Source: Eubacteriales bacterium | GTDB lineage: Bacteria; Bacillota; Clostridia; Oscillospirales; CAG-272 | NCBI GenBank assembly: GCA_045546615.1 | Contig: JAZQDD010000039.1 | Span: 11,359-75,358 of the forward strand | Reading direction: 5' to 3' | DNA length: 64,000 nt | Shown here: piece by piece, positions 1 to 9,760 of the stretch | Layout: each line of letters starts with the position of its first letter | Numbering within the stretch: the first letter of the stretch is position 1 | Notes under the pieces: generated by a model | Databases searched by the model: none | Told to the model about the DNA's origin: nothing | What the model saw: the letters and a program-made list of their open reading frames with translations, nothing else | Translations under genes and position numbers: made by a program

Positions 1-1
1 A

Positions 2-565
2 AAATCCAACAACGTTCCCAATGACAATATTGAAAGAACCATCAAAAAGGCTATTGGTGCGGACAACGTTGCATACGAGGAGATCGTTTACGAGGGCTAC
101 GGTCCTTCGGGCGTAGCCGTTATCGTTGAAACTACAACCGACAACAGAAACCGTACTGCGGGCAACGTGCGCTCCTACTTCTCAAAGTATCACGGCAATC
201 TCGGACAGTCGGGTTGCGTAGGCTTTATGTTTGACCCAAAGGGCGTTATCGTTATCTCTAATGAGGACGGCGATATCGATGAGGATGCGCTCATGGAGAC
301 GGCGCTTGAAGCGGGAGCTTCCGATTTCGCCGCCGAGGATGAGGTTTTTGAGATATATACGGAGCCGGATGACCTTTATGACGTTCAGGCGGCTATTGAG
401 GCGGCAGGCTATACCGTGGCTTCTGCAGAAAAGGAAAAAGTTCCGCAGAACACCGTTACGCTTGACAGTGAGGACGACATCAAGTTTATGGGACTTCTTA
501 TCGAGAAGCTCGAGGATGATGATGACGTTATGAACGTTTGGCACAACTGGGAGAACGTACAGTAA
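2..565 (+). CDS. YebC/PmpR-family transcriptional regulator, C-terminal part (5' end lies outside the window)
   Basis: The frame is open from base 2 (KSNNVPNDNIERTIKKAIG...YEGYGPSGVAVIVETTTDNRNRT...), which is typical YebC/TACO1 sequence. The GTG at 167 in the ORF track is internal. Confidence 0.8.
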   Translation, partial: KSNNVPNDNIERTIKKAIGADNVAYEEIVYEGYGPSGVAVIVETTTDNRNRTAGNVRSYFSKYHGNLGQSGCVGFMFDPKGVIVISNEDGDIDEDALMETALEAGASDFAAEDEVFEIYTEPDDLYDVQAAIEAAGYTVASAEKEKVPQNTVTLDSEDDIKFMGLLIEKLEDDDDVMNVWHNWENVQ

Positions 566-604
566 AAAACAACTGCCGTTTTCGGCAAGAACGGATATAT
601 TCAA

Positions 605-2011
605 ATGAACAAATACAAAAGGCTATTGTCCAACACGGCTATATTTGCGATAGGCACGTTTTCTTCGAAGATAATGGTCTATCTCTTGATGCCGCTGTAC
701 ACCAATATCCTGTCTCCCGCGCAGTATTCCACATCGGATCTTATAACGCAGACGGCTAATCTTTTAGCACCGCTTTTTGCTATCGGAATTTGTGATGGCA
801 TTTTCAGATTTGCTCTTGACGCAGAGGAGAAGATCAAAGAGGTGTTTTCCTCGGGCATCTTCGTCCTTTTGTGCGGAGCGGGTGCGTTTCTCTTACTTTC
901 TCCGCTGCTGTTCATATTCGATTTCGTTGACGGATACTCATGGCTCATTGTTGTTTACGTTTTGAGTGCTAATATTCAGCACGCTTGCGCGAATTATCTT
1001 AGAGGCAAGGGAGATACAAAGGGCTTTGCCATACAAGGTATAATAAATACTGCTCTTACCATTCTCTTTAATATTATTTTCCTTGTTTTTTTCCAAATGG
1101 GTGTTACAGGATACGTTTTGTCCGTTGTTGTGGCAAACGTTTGCGTTACACTTCTTATGATATTCTGGAAACGTTTGCATAACGATTTTGGATTTAGCCT
1201 GGTCAGGGCTGATACCGTAAAAAGTATGCTAAAATACAGCATACCGATGATACCTACGGCAATATTCTGGTGGATAACGAGCGTATCCAACAGATTCGTT
1301 GTCAAGGAGGTGTGCGGTGATGCTGTAAACGGTCTTTTTGCCGCCGCGTACAAGATACCTACCGTTATAACGTTGCTGACCACTATCTTTATAGAGGCGT
1401 GGCATTTTTCGGCTGTTAACGATGCCGATGATAATGATAGAGGAACGTTTTTCTCTACGGTCTTTAATAGCTATATGGGCATCATTTTTATGGCGGCGTC
1501 GGGACTTATTGCCTTTAGCAAGATATGCACGATAATTCTTTATGCGGATTCGTATTATGATGCGTGGCAGTATATGCCGACACTTATCCTTGCAACGACG
1601 TTTTCTGCGCTTACGACCTTTATGGGAAGTGTGTATCTGGTCAAAAAGAAGAGCGTTATGTCTTTTCTGACTGCTATGACTGGGGCTGTTGTTAATCTTG
1701 TGCTTTCGTTTCTTCTCATTCCCCGTATCGGTGCGCACGGCGCGGCACTTGCCGCCGCCGCAAGCTATTTCATCTCCTTCGTTTTGAGAACCATCACAGC
1801 ACAGAAATTCGTCAGATTCAATTTCCACCCCATAAAGCTCGCAGTAAACTCGGCGTTTGTGGGAGTTCAGGCTTGGATAATGGTAGCGGAACTGCCGCAT
1901 TGGATATTGTATCAGGCGCTCCTGCTCATAGCCGTGCTTATATTCAACGGAAAACCCATTTTGGAGGGCATTTTTCTTGCTCTTAAAAAACACAGGACGC
2001 AAAAAAACTGA
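605..2011 (+). CDS. MOP-superfamily polysaccharide/oligosaccharide flippase (Wzx/SpoVB-like), multi-pass membrane protein
   Basis: 468 aa and hydrophobic throughout, with about 12-14 predicted helices. The N-terminus (LLSNTAIFAIGTFSSKIMVYLLMPLYT) is typical of polysaccharide biosynthesis proteins. Confidence 0.7.
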   Translation: MNKYKRLLSNTAIFAIGTFSSKIMVYLLMPLYTNILSPAQYSTSDLITQTANLLAPLFAIGICDGIFRFALDAEEKIKEVFSSGIFVLLCGAGAFLLLSPLLFIFDFVDGYSWLIVVYVLSANIQHACANYLRGKGDTKGFAIQGIINTALTILFNIIFLVFFQMGVTGYVLSVVVANVCVTLLMIFWKRLHNDFGFSLVRADTVKSMLKYSIPMIPTAIFWWITSVSNRFVVKEVCGDAVNGLFAAAYKIPTVITLLTTIFIEAWHFSAVNDADDNDRGTFFSTVFNSYMGIIFMAASGLIAFSKICTIILYADSYYDAWQYMPTLILATTFSALTTFMGSVYLVKKKSVMSFLTAMTGAVVNLVLSFLLIPRIGAHGAALAAAASYFISFVLRTITAQKFVRFNFHPIKLAVNSAFVGVQAWIMVAELPHWILYQALLLIAVLIFNGKPILEGIFLALKKHRTQKN

Positions 2012-2028
2012 TATCCGCAATGGCGAAA

Positions 2029-2069
2029 TACACCCCGATCTTTTTAAGGCGGGGTGTGTTTTTCTTTTT
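2029..2069 (+). terminator. rho-independent terminator after the flippase gene
   Basis: Stem acaccccg/cggggtgt followed by a T-rich tail (gtttttctttttg). Confidence 0.6.
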
Positions 2070-2123
2070 GTTGAAAGGAAAGAGGAGCTTCGCCAAATTA
2101 ATTCAAAAAATATCTTTTTTCTA

Positions 2124-2152
2124 TTGACAAAAAATAGTTAATATGATATTAT
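2124..2152 (+). promoter_or_regulatory. sigma-A-type promoter of the pur operon
   Basis: TTGACA, 17-nt spacer, TATTAT. Confidence 0.5.
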
Positions 2153-2168
2153 ATTTATGTTAATTATA

Positions 2169-2252
2169 GGGTTTCTGTGACTGACGGGGGATGTGATGTA
2201 ACACAATGGAACAGAAATCTGTGGAGCATACGCTTTGCCGACCGTCTGGGCA
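2169..2252 (+). promoter_or_regulatory. ZTP (pfl-motif) riboswitch aptamer
   Basis: A GTGACTGACG box and a distal CCGTCTGGGCA box match the pfl consensus GUGACUGGCG ... CCGCCUGGGCA. The pseudoknot pair covaries (GACG:CGTC in place of GGCG:CGCC). The element sits upstream of purine/folate genes. Confidence 0.75.
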
Positions 2253-2286
2253 CATTTATTCTGTGGAATAAGTGCGCCTTTTTAGT
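2248..2286 (+). terminator. riboswitch expression-platform terminator
   Basis: Imperfect hairpin ggcacatttatt/aataagtgcgcc overlapping the GGGCA box, followed by TTTTT. Confidence 0.55.
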
Positions 2287-2303
2287 TTTATGGAGGAATT
2301 GAA

Positions 2304-2798
2304 ATGAAAAAAATCGGAATCGTTATGGGAAGTGACAGTGACCTTCCCGTTGTTCGTAAAGCAATAGATACTCTTGCTTCTTTTGGCGTACCCTATGAAG
2401 TACATATTTTTTCAGCGCACAGAACGCCCGAGGAGGCGTCTGTTTTTGCGTCTGAAGCAAGGAAAAACGGTTTTGGTGCGATCATTGCCGCCGCGGGAAT
2501 GGCTGCTCACCTTGCAGGTGCGCTTGCCGCTCGTACCACTCTGCCCGTAATAGGCATTCCCTGCAGTTCAAATAAGCTTGACGGCATTGATGCTCTTCTG
2601 TCGACTGTGCAAATGCCTTCGGGAATACCCGTGGCTACCGTCGCTGTTGATGGAGCTGTCAATGCCGCTTTGATCGCTATACAAATACTTGGCGTGACCG
2701 ATGCGGATCTTGCCGCAAAGCTTGATGCAAAACGCGTGGCAGATGCCGAAAAGGTACTCCAGAAGAACGCCTCCGTGGAGGCAGAGTTCAACAAATAA
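2304..2798 (+). CDS. purE: 5-(carboxyamino)imidazole ribonucleotide mutase
   Basis: 164 aa. Contains MGSDSDLPV ... SAHRTP ... AGMAAHLAG motifs. RBS GGAGGA. Confidence 0.9.
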   Translation: MKKIGIVMGSDSDLPVVRKAIDTLASFGVPYEVHIFSAHRTPEEASVFASEARKNGFGAIIAAAGMAAHLAGALAARTTLPVIGIPCSSNKLDGIDALLSTVQMPSGIPVATVAVDGAVNAALIAIQILGVTDADLAAKLDAKRVADAEKVLQKNASVEAEFNK

Positions 2799-2833
2799 TA
2801 TCGCACCAAAATCGCAGATCGGGAGGTAACCAA

Positions 2834-4258
2834 ATGGGTGGTTTTTTTGGAGCAGTTGCTAATCACGACGTCATTACAGAGGTCTTTTTTGGAACAGACT
2901 ATCATTCTCATCTCGGAACGAGTCGCGGCGGAATGGCGGCTTATGATGAAAAGATAGGTCTGCAACGTGAAATTCACAATATTCAAAATTCTCCTTTCAG
3001 GACTAAATTCGAGCACGTTTTTGATGAAATGTGCGGAAACTCCGCCATAGGTTGTATAAGCGACACAGATCCTCAACCGCTTCTGGTACGCTCAAATCTT
3101 GGCACGTATGCAATATCGACCGTGGGCAAGATAAATAATGCAAACGAGCTTATTGAACACTATCTTTCGTTTAGCGGCGGACATTTTGATGCCATGACGG
3201 GCGGAAGGGTAAATGCAAACGAGCTTGTTGCTGCCATGATAAACCAAAAAAGCACTTTTGTTGAGGGAATTCAGTTTGCTCAACGAATGATATCCGGAAC
3301 TGCGTCTATCCTTATTCTCACCGATGAGGGAAAGCTCATTGCCGCGCGTGATAAGCTCGGAAGAGTTCCCGTTATCATTGGAAAAAATGAGGACGGATAT
3401 TGCGTTTCTTTTGAATCTTATGCTTGCTTTAAGCTCGGATATCAGTACGAGAAAGAGCTTGGTCCCGGCGAGGTGGTGGAGCTTACCGCAAACAGCCTTA
3501 CCCAGCTTGCCGCACCTGGCAAAAAAATGCGAATGTGCGCATTCCTTTGGTCTTATTTTGGCTATCCGACCTCGGAATACGAGGGTGTCAGCGTTGAGGC
3601 TATGCGTTACCGCAACGGAGCGATAATAGCAAAACATGACGAAAAAACGGGAGTTGTCGACGACCTTGATTACGTTGGAGGAGTTCCTGATTCCGGCACA
3701 CCGCATGCAATAGGTTACGCCAACGAAAGCAAAGCTCCGTTTGCGAGACCATATATAAAATATACACCTACATGGGCAAGAAGCTTTATGCCTCAAAAAC
3801 AATCCGAACGTAATAAGATAGCAAACATGAAGCAGATACCCGTTCACCAACTTATTGAGGGGAAAAATCTTCTTTTCGTTGATGATTCGATAGTGCGCGG
3901 CACACAGCTTAAGGAGACCGTCGATTTCCTTTACACCAACGGCGCAAAATCGGTACATATGCGCTCCGCGTGCCCGCCTATAATGTATGGCTGTAAATAC
4001 CTTAATTTCTCGCGCTCGACAAATGACATGGAGCTTATAACCCGTCGCACGATAGTTGAGCTTGAGGGTGAGGATGGACTTAAATATATTGACGAATACA
4101 GCGATCCCAATACCGAGCGCGGCAAAAAGCTCCGCCGTGCCATTGCGGATAAATTCAATTTCGCAACTCTTGAATTTCAAACATTGCAGGGACTTATCGA
4201 TTCGATAGGACTTGAGCCCTGCAAGTTATGCACTTACTGCTGGACAGGTAAAGAATAA
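2834..4258 (+). CDS. purF: amidophosphoribosyltransferase-like protein (PRTase domain intact; N-terminus MGGFFG lacks the usual Cys nucleophile)
   Basis: 474 aa. PRPP-binding loop [14 protein letters not shown]. Occupies the purF position in the pur operon. Confidence 0.7.
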   Translation: MGGFFGAVANHDVITEVFFGTDYHSHLGTSRGGMAAYDEKIGLQREIHNIQNSPFRTKFEHVFDEMCGNSAIGCISDTDPQPLLVRSNLGTYAISTVGKINNANELIEHYLSFSGGHFDAMTGGRVNANELVAAMINQKSTFVEGIQFAQRMISGTASILILTDEGKLIAARDKLGRVPVIIGKNEDGYCVSFESYACFKLGYQYEKELGPGEVVELTANSLTQLAAPGKKMRMCAFLWSYFGYPTSEYEGVSVEAMRYRNGAIIAKHDEKTGVVDDLDYVGGVPDSGTPHAIGYANESKAPFARPYIKYTPTWARSFMPQKQSERNKIANMKQIPVHQLIEGKNLLFVDDSIVRGTQLKETVDFLYTNGAKSVHMRSACPPIMYGCKYLNFSRSTNDMELITRRTIVELEGEDGLKYIDEYSDPNTERGKKLRRAIADKFNFATLEFQTLQGLIDSIGLEPCKLCTYCWTGKE

Positions 4259-4279
4259 TTAATATAGAGAGGTTAAAAA

Positions 4280-5326
4280 ATGAGCCACAAGAATTCCAGA
4301 TCAGATAGCTACGCAGCCGCAGGTGTTGATATTACTGCGGGTTACCGCGCCGTTGAACTTATGAAACAGCATATCGCAAAAACCATGACAAGCGGTGTTT
4401 GCTCCGACCTTGGCGGTTTTGGCGGCCTTTTCGAGCTTGATATCACGGGCATGACCAAGCCTATTCTCGTTAGCGGTACTGACGGAGTAGGTACGAAGCT
4501 TAAGCTCGCATTTCTTATGGATAAGCACGATACCGTGGGAATCGACTGCGTTGCAATGTGTGTAAACGACGTTATATGCGTTGGCGCAAAGCCCTTGTTT
4601 TTCCTTGATTACATAGCTTGCGGCAAGAATATTCCCGAGCGTATTGCTGATATCGTAAAGGGCGTTTGCGACGGTTGCGTCATGTCTGGCGCGGCTCTTA
4701 TCGGCGGCGAGACTGCCGAGATGCCGGGTTTCTATCCCGTAGATGAATACGATCTTGCAGGTTACTGCACGGGCATAGTTGATAAATCCAAGGTTATAGA
4801 CAACAAGAAGATGAAGGCGGGCGACGTTATTATCGCGCTCCCTTCGAGCGGTGTCCACTCAAACGGATTCTCCCTTGTAAGAAAGGTATTTGACGTTGAA
4901 AACGCCGATATCAAGATTCCCGTTGCGGAGCTTGGCGGAAAGTCTGTTGGCGAGACTCTGCTCACCCCCACGAGAATATATGTAAAGCCCGTTCTCGCTC
5001 TTATGGAAAAGGTCAATGTTCGCGGCATTTCTCACATCACGGGCGGCGGTTTCTATGAAAATATTCCGAGAAGCATTCCCGAAGGACTTGGCGCAGTTAT
5101 TGACCGAGCTTCTATCAGAGTTCTTCCTATTTTCGACCTCATTGCCAAAACAGGTAATATCAGCGAGCGAGATATGTTCAACACCTTTAACATGGGAGTT
5201 GGCATGAGCATCGTAGTTCCTGCTGACGAGGCTGATATGGCTCTTGAAATATTGAAGGAAAACGGCGAGGATGCTTACGTGATCGGTAAGATCGTTGAGT
5301 CAGATGACAGCATCGTTATTTGCTGA
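4280..5326 (+). CDS. purM: phosphoribosylformylglycinamidine cyclo-ligase (AIR synthetase)
   Basis: 348 aa. Contains GGFGGLF ... SGTDGVGTK ... DYIA motifs. Confidence 0.9.
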   Translation: MSHKNSRSDSYAAAGVDITAGYRAVELMKQHIAKTMTSGVCSDLGGFGGLFELDITGMTKPILVSGTDGVGTKLKLAFLMDKHDTVGIDCVAMCVNDVICVGAKPLFFLDYIACGKNIPERIADIVKGVCDGCVMSGAALIGGETAEMPGFYPVDEYDLAGYCTGIVDKSKVIDNKKMKAGDVIIALPSSGVHSNGFSLVRKVFDVENADIKIPVAELGGKSVGETLLTPTRIYVKPVLALMEKVNVRGISHITGGGFYENIPRSIPEGLGAVIDRASIRVLPIFDLIAKTGNISERDMFNTFNMGVGMSIVVPADEADMALEILKENGEDAYVIGKIVESDDSIVIC

Positions 5327-5934
5327 TGAAACGTCTGTTTAACGGAATCTCTGCAGGAATCCTCATTTCCATAGGCGGAAGTGTATTTCTCTCCGCCGAC
5401 AACAAATATGTAGGAGCAATGTTTTTCTGCGTTGCGTTGATATGTATTTGTGCAAAATCGTATCTTCTTTTTACGGGCAAAGTTGGTTATCTTGTTGAGG
5501 ACCATACGAAATCCAATGTCGGAGATGTTCTGCTTGCTCTTCTTGGCAACACGATAGGAACTGTCGTTTGCGGATACGCTATCCGATATGCTTTGCCGGT
5601 TGTTGGCAACGTGGCTGAAATTACTTGTGCCGCAAAGCTTGAGCAAACATTTCTTATGACGCTCGTGCGCGGTATATTATGCGGAATACTTATGTATCTC
5701 GCTGTCAGCATTTACAAGGAGAAGGGAACTTACATTTCGATCCTTTTCTGCGTCCCTGCATTTATCATTGCAGGTTTTGAGCATTCCATTGCGGATATAT
5801 TTTATTTTGCCGCATCGGGCATTGTTTCGCTCCGCGCATTTGGCTTTGTTTGGACTGTAATACTTGGTAATGCGCTCGGCGGTATGCTTCTGCCCTTGAT
5901 CTCGATGATAGGAAAGAACGAGGACAAAAAATGA
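5326..5934 (+). CDS. short formate/nitrite transporter (FNT) family channel
   Basis: About 202 aa hydrophobic protein with a GFEHSIADIF motif (FNT signature FEHSIAN-like). Its ATG overlaps the purM TGA (TGATG). Confidence 0.65.
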   Translation: MKRLFNGISAGILISIGGSVFLSADNKYVGAMFFCVALICICAKSYLLFTGKVGYLVEDHTKSNVGDVLLALLGNTIGTVVCGYAIRYALPVVGNVAEITCAAKLEQTFLMTLVRGILCGILMYLAVSIYKEKGTYISILFCVPAFIIAGFEHSIADIFYFAASGIVSLRAFGFVWTVILGNALGGMLLPLISMIGKNEDKK

Positions 5935-6542
5935 AAGAAAAAATGAATATAGCCGTTCTCGTTTCGGGCGGCGGCACCAATCTTCAAGCGCTTATCGATG
6001 CTGAAAAAAACGGTATTATAAAGTCGGGAAGCATCAAGCTCGTTATTTCAAATAACAAAAACGCATACGCTCTTACCCGTGCCGCAGATGCTAATATTGC
6101 TACTGCCGTTGTTGTCAAGAGCGAGTGCGGCTCTGCCGAGGCGTTTGAGGATGCAATCAGCGCTCTTCTGGAGAAAAACGATATCGACTTTATAGTCCTC
6201 GCGGGCTTTATGTCGATCCTTAGCGAGAAATTCACGTCGAAATATCCAAAGCAGATAATCAACGTTCACCCATCTCTCATTCCGTCGTTCTGCGGCAAGG
6301 GCTTCTACGGACTTCGTGTACACGAGGCAGCTCTTGAATACGGCGTAAAAGTAACGGGCGCGACCGTACATTTCGTAAACGAGATCCCCGACGGCGGTGA
6401 GATAATTATGCAAAAGGCTGTTGCTATCAAAGACGGCGACACGCCCGAGAAACTGCAAAAGCGCGTAATGCGTCAGGCGGAATGGAAGATACTTCCGCTT
6501 GCAGTTGAAAAAGTATGTTCAAATAAACTCGATTGGAGATAA
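5931..6542 (+). CDS. purN: phosphoribosylglycinamide formyltransferase
   Basis: 203 aa. Contains VLVSGGGTNLQALID ... NVHPSLIP ... GATVHFV motifs. ATGA overlap with the upstream stop. Confidence 0.9.
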   Translation: MKEKMNIAVLVSGGGTNLQALIDAEKNGIIKSGSIKLVISNNKNAYALTRAADANIATAVVVKSECGSAEAFEDAISALLEKNDIDFIVLAGFMSILSEKFTSKYPKQIINVHPSLIPSFCGKGFYGLRVHEAALEYGVKVTGATVHFVNEIPDGGEIIMQKAVAIKDGDTPEKLQKRVMRQAEWKILPLAVEKVCSNKLDWR

Positions 6543-6545
6543 AAC

Positions 6546-7268
6546 ATGGCACTTTACGATATCAAAAACCTGCTTTCTACCAACACCTACCCCGGTCGCG
6601 GAATCATAATCGGTAAATCCGCCGACGGCAAGAACGCAATGATAGCGTACTTTATTATGGGCAGAAGCGAAAATAGCCGCAATCGTATTTTTGAGCGTTT
6701 TGACGGAGGTATGCGTACAAAGGCTTTTGACGAATCCAAGCTGTCCGATCCGAGCCTTATAATCTACAACCCCTATCTTTCTGCCAAGGGCGGCAACATT
6801 GACATCATAACAAACGGTGACCAGACCAACACCGTTTATGACTATATCTGCGACGGCAAGAGCTTCGAGGATGCTCTCATGACTCGTGAGTTTGAGCCTG
6901 ATGCGCCCAATTTTACTCCCAGAATTTCGGGTGCACTTTACTACTGCTTCCCCGGAAACGTATTTACCTACAAGCTCTCCATTCTCAAGAGCGCAAACGG
7001 ACGCCCCGAGGCGTGCAACCGCTATTTTTATAACTACGCTCCCGAAAACGGAATCGGACATTTCATCCACACCTATAAGTGCGACGGCAATCCCATTCCG
7101 TCCTTCTACGGCGAGCCCGAGGAGGTAGAGCTTCCCAACACCGCAGAGGAGCTTGCCGAGATCGTTTGGAGCAATCTTAACGCTGATAACAAGGTATCTC
7201 TCTTTGTTCGTGCTATTCCTCTTGACGGCAGCGAAGCTACGGAGATAATCATAAACAAAAACATATAA
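6546..7268 (+). CDS. IMP cyclohydrolase, PurO-like (archaeal type)
   Basis: 240 aa. YPGRGIIIG ... YFIMGRSENSRNR resembles the IMP_cyclohyd family. Lies directly upstream of an AICARFT-only purH. Confidence 0.65.
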   Translation: MALYDIKNLLSTNTYPGRGIIIGKSADGKNAMIAYFIMGRSENSRNRIFERFDGGMRTKAFDESKLSDPSLIIYNPYLSAKGGNIDIITNGDQTNTVYDYICDGKSFEDALMTREFEPDAPNFTPRISGALYYCFPGNVFTYKLSILKSANGRPEACNRYFYNYAPENGIGHFIHTYKCDGNPIPSFYGEPEEVELPNTAEELAEIVWSNLNADNKVSLFVRAIPLDGSEATEIIINKNI

Positions 7269-7284
7269 TGCAGAGGATCATACA

Positions 7285-8469
7285 ATGAAAGAATTTGAAC
7301 TGAAATACGGCTGTAACCCAAACCAGAAGCCCGCTAAGATCTACATGGCAGACGGAAGTGAGCTTCCCATCGAGATACTTTCGGGCCGTCCCGGATACAT
7401 CAATTTTCTTGATGCTTTTAATAGCTGGCAGCTTGTTAAAGAGCTTAAAGAGGCTCTCGGTCTGCCTGCGGTAACGTCCTTCAAGCACGTCAGTCCCACC
7501 TCTGCGGCAGTTGGAATCAAGCTTTCCGATACGCTCAAGAAGGCTTGTTTTGTTGACGATATCGAAGGTCTTGACGATTCGCCCCTCGCTTGCGCGTATG
7601 CACGAGCAAGAGGCACGGACCGTATGTGTTCTTTTGGTGACTGGGTAGCGCTTTCCGATGTTTGCGACGTTACCACCGCGCTGATGATCAAGCGCGAGGT
7701 GTCCGACGGCGTTATCGCCCCCGGCTACGAGCCCGAGGCACTTGAGATACTCAAGTCCAAGAGAAAAGGCAACTACAATATCGTTAAGATTGACCCCAAT
7801 TACGTTCCCGCTCCCATCGAGACCAAGCAGGTCTACGGAATTACGTTTGAGCAGGGAAGAAACAATTTTGAGATCAACCGTGAGCTTCTTACCAATGTTG
7901 TTACTGCTAACAAGGAAATGCCCGAGAGCGCTATCCGCGATCTCATCGTTGCGCTGATCACCCTTAAATACACGCAGTCAAATTCCGTTTGCTATGCGGT
8001 TGACGGACAGGCTATCGGAGTTGGCGCAGGTCAGCAGTCGAGAATCCATTGCACTCGCCTTGCGGGTGAAAAGGCAGACACTTGGTTCTTGCGTCAGCAT
8101 GAAAAGGTTCTCAATCTTCCTTTTAGAGAGGACATCGGCAGACCCGACAGAGACAATGTTATCGACGGTTATATTAATAAGAATGAAGAGGATGTTTGCG
8201 CCGACGGAAATTGGCAAAAGTACTTTACCGTTCGTCCCGAGCCTCTCACCGATGAGGAGGCAAAGGCGTTCCTTGCCACCCGTGACGGTGTAGCCCTCGG
8301 ATCTGATGCATTCTTCCCGTTTGGAGATAATATTGAGCGCGCACATAAGAGCGGCGTTAAGTATATCGCTGAACCCGGCGGCTCGATCAGAGATGATAAC
8401 GTAATTGCAACCTGCGACAGATACGGTATGGCAATGGCGTTTACGGGAATGAGACTTTTCCACCACTAA
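7285..8469 (+). CDS. purH: AICAR formyltransferase (PurH AICARFT domain only; no MGS-like IMP cyclohydrolase domain)
   Basis: 394 aa ending ...PGGSIRDDNVIATCDRYGMAMAFTGMRLFHH, the hallmark PurH C-terminus. Confidence 0.85.
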   Translation: MKEFELKYGCNPNQKPAKIYMADGSELPIEILSGRPGYINFLDAFNSWQLVKELKEALGLPAVTSFKHVSPTSAAVGIKLSDTLKKACFVDDIEGLDDSPLACAYARARGTDRMCSFGDWVALSDVCDVTTALMIKREVSDGVIAPGYEPEALEILKSKRKGNYNIVKIDPNYVPAPIETKQVYGITFEQGRNNFEINRELLTNVVTANKEMPESAIRDLIVALITLKYTQSNSVCYAVDGQAIGVGAGQQSRIHCTRLAGEKADTWFLRQHEKVLNLPFREDIGRPDRDNVIDGYINKNEEDVCADGNWQKYFTVRPEPLTDEEAKAFLATRDGVALGSDAFFPFGDNIERAHKSGVKYIAEPGGSIRDDNVIATCDRYGMAMAFTGMRLFHH

Positions 8470-8486
8470 TTAAACGGAGATTTCAA

Positions 8487-9758
8487 ATGAAGATACTTGT
8501 AATTGGCGGCGGCGGACGCGAGCACGCCGTTATAAAGGCTATAAAGAAAAATCCCGACGTTGAGTGCATTTATGCGCTTCCGGGTAACGGCGGAATAGCC
8601 GCTGACGCTATCTGCGTTAACATCGGAGCTAAGGATATCGACGCTATCGTTGATTTTGCGCTCGAAAAAGCTATTGATTACGCAATAGTTACTCCCGATG
8701 ATCCGCTCGTTCTCGGTGCGGTAGATGCTCTAAACGCCAAGGGCATCCCTTGCTTTGGCCCTGATAAAAAAGCGGCAATAATCGAGGGTAGCAAGGCGTT
8801 TTCTAAAAATCTTATGAAAAAATATTCTATTCCCACTGCGGAATATGAGATATTTGATAACAAGGATGCGGCACTTGATTACCTCAAGGGTGTAGATTAC
8901 CCCATTGTAGTAAAGGCTGACGGACTTGCACTCGGCAAGGGTGTTATTATTGCGCAGGACCGCAAGGAAGCCGAGGACGCAGTTGTTTCCATGATGGAGG
9001 ATAAGGTGTTCGGAAATAGCGGCGATAACATCGTTATCGAGGAATTTCTCACAGGCCCCGAGGTCTCCGTTCTTGCGTTTACTGATGGCAAGACAGTCGT
9101 TCCCATGGTCTCTTCAATGGATCATAAGCGTGCGGGAGATAATGACACGGGACTTAACACGGGCGGAATGGGTACTATCGCGCCCAACCCATACTACACA
9201 GCGGACGTTGCCAAGGTTTGTATGGATGAGATATTCCTTCCTACCGTTAACGCTATGAACGCCGAGGGACGCACCTTTAAGGGATGCTTGTACTTCGGAC
9301 TCATGCTCACTCCCAAGGGCCCCAAGGTGATCGAATATAATTGTCGCTTTGGAGACCCCGAAACGCAGGTCGTTCTCCCGCTTCTTAAAAGCGATCTGTT
9401 GACAATAATGAAGGCAGTAACCGAGGAAAGACTTGCGGACGTAGACGTTGAGTTTTCCGACGGTGCGGCTTGCTGTGTTATTATGGCTTCCAAGGGATAT
9501 CCGCAGAAGTATGATAAAGGCTTTGAGATATCTATTCCCAATGAGCTTTCTTCGTCCGTTTACGTTGCAGGAGCGGAGCTTCGCGATGGCAAGCTTCTTA
9601 CATCGGGTGGAAGAGTTCTCGGCGTAACTGCCACGGCTGACAATCTCCCCGAGGCTATTAAAATGGCGTACGGCAAGGTGGAGAACATCAGCTTTGATAA
9701 TGCATACTACCGCAACGACATCGGCGCACGCGCACTTAAAGCGCTTACGGAGGATTGA
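8487..9758 (+). CDS. purD: phosphoribosylamine--glycine ligase
   Basis: 423 aa. Starts MKILVIGGGGREHA and has ATP-grasp motifs. Confidence 0.9.
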   Translation: MKILVIGGGGREHAVIKAIKKNPDVECIYALPGNGGIAADAICVNIGAKDIDAIVDFALEKAIDYAIVTPDDPLVLGAVDALNAKGIPCFGPDKKAAIIEGSKAFSKNLMKKYSIPTAEYEIFDNKDAALDYLKGVDYPIVVKADGLALGKGVIIAQDRKEAEDAVVSMMEDKVFGNSGDNIVIEEFLTGPEVSVLAFTDGKTVVPMVSSMDHKRAGDNDTGLNTGGMGTIAPNPYYTADVAKVCMDEIFLPTVNAMNAEGRTFKGCLYFGLMLTPKGPKVIEYNCRFGDPETQVVLPLLKSDLLTIMKAVTEERLADVDVEFSDGAACCVIMASKGYPQKYDKGFEISIPNELSSSVYVAGAELRDGKLLTSGGRVLGVTATADNLPEAIKMAYGKVENISFDNAYYRNDIGARALKALTED

Positions 9759-9760
9759 TT

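Noticed and set aside
3092-4180. 362-aa minus-strand ORF inside purF. Similar long antisense ORFs occur elsewhere (1229-2020, 10361-10966, 12842-13534, 14227-14958, 47361-48077, 53873-54538, 57237-58010).
   Set aside because: All lie opposite strongly supported genes, lack an RBS and motifs, and show the composition typical of antisense frames.
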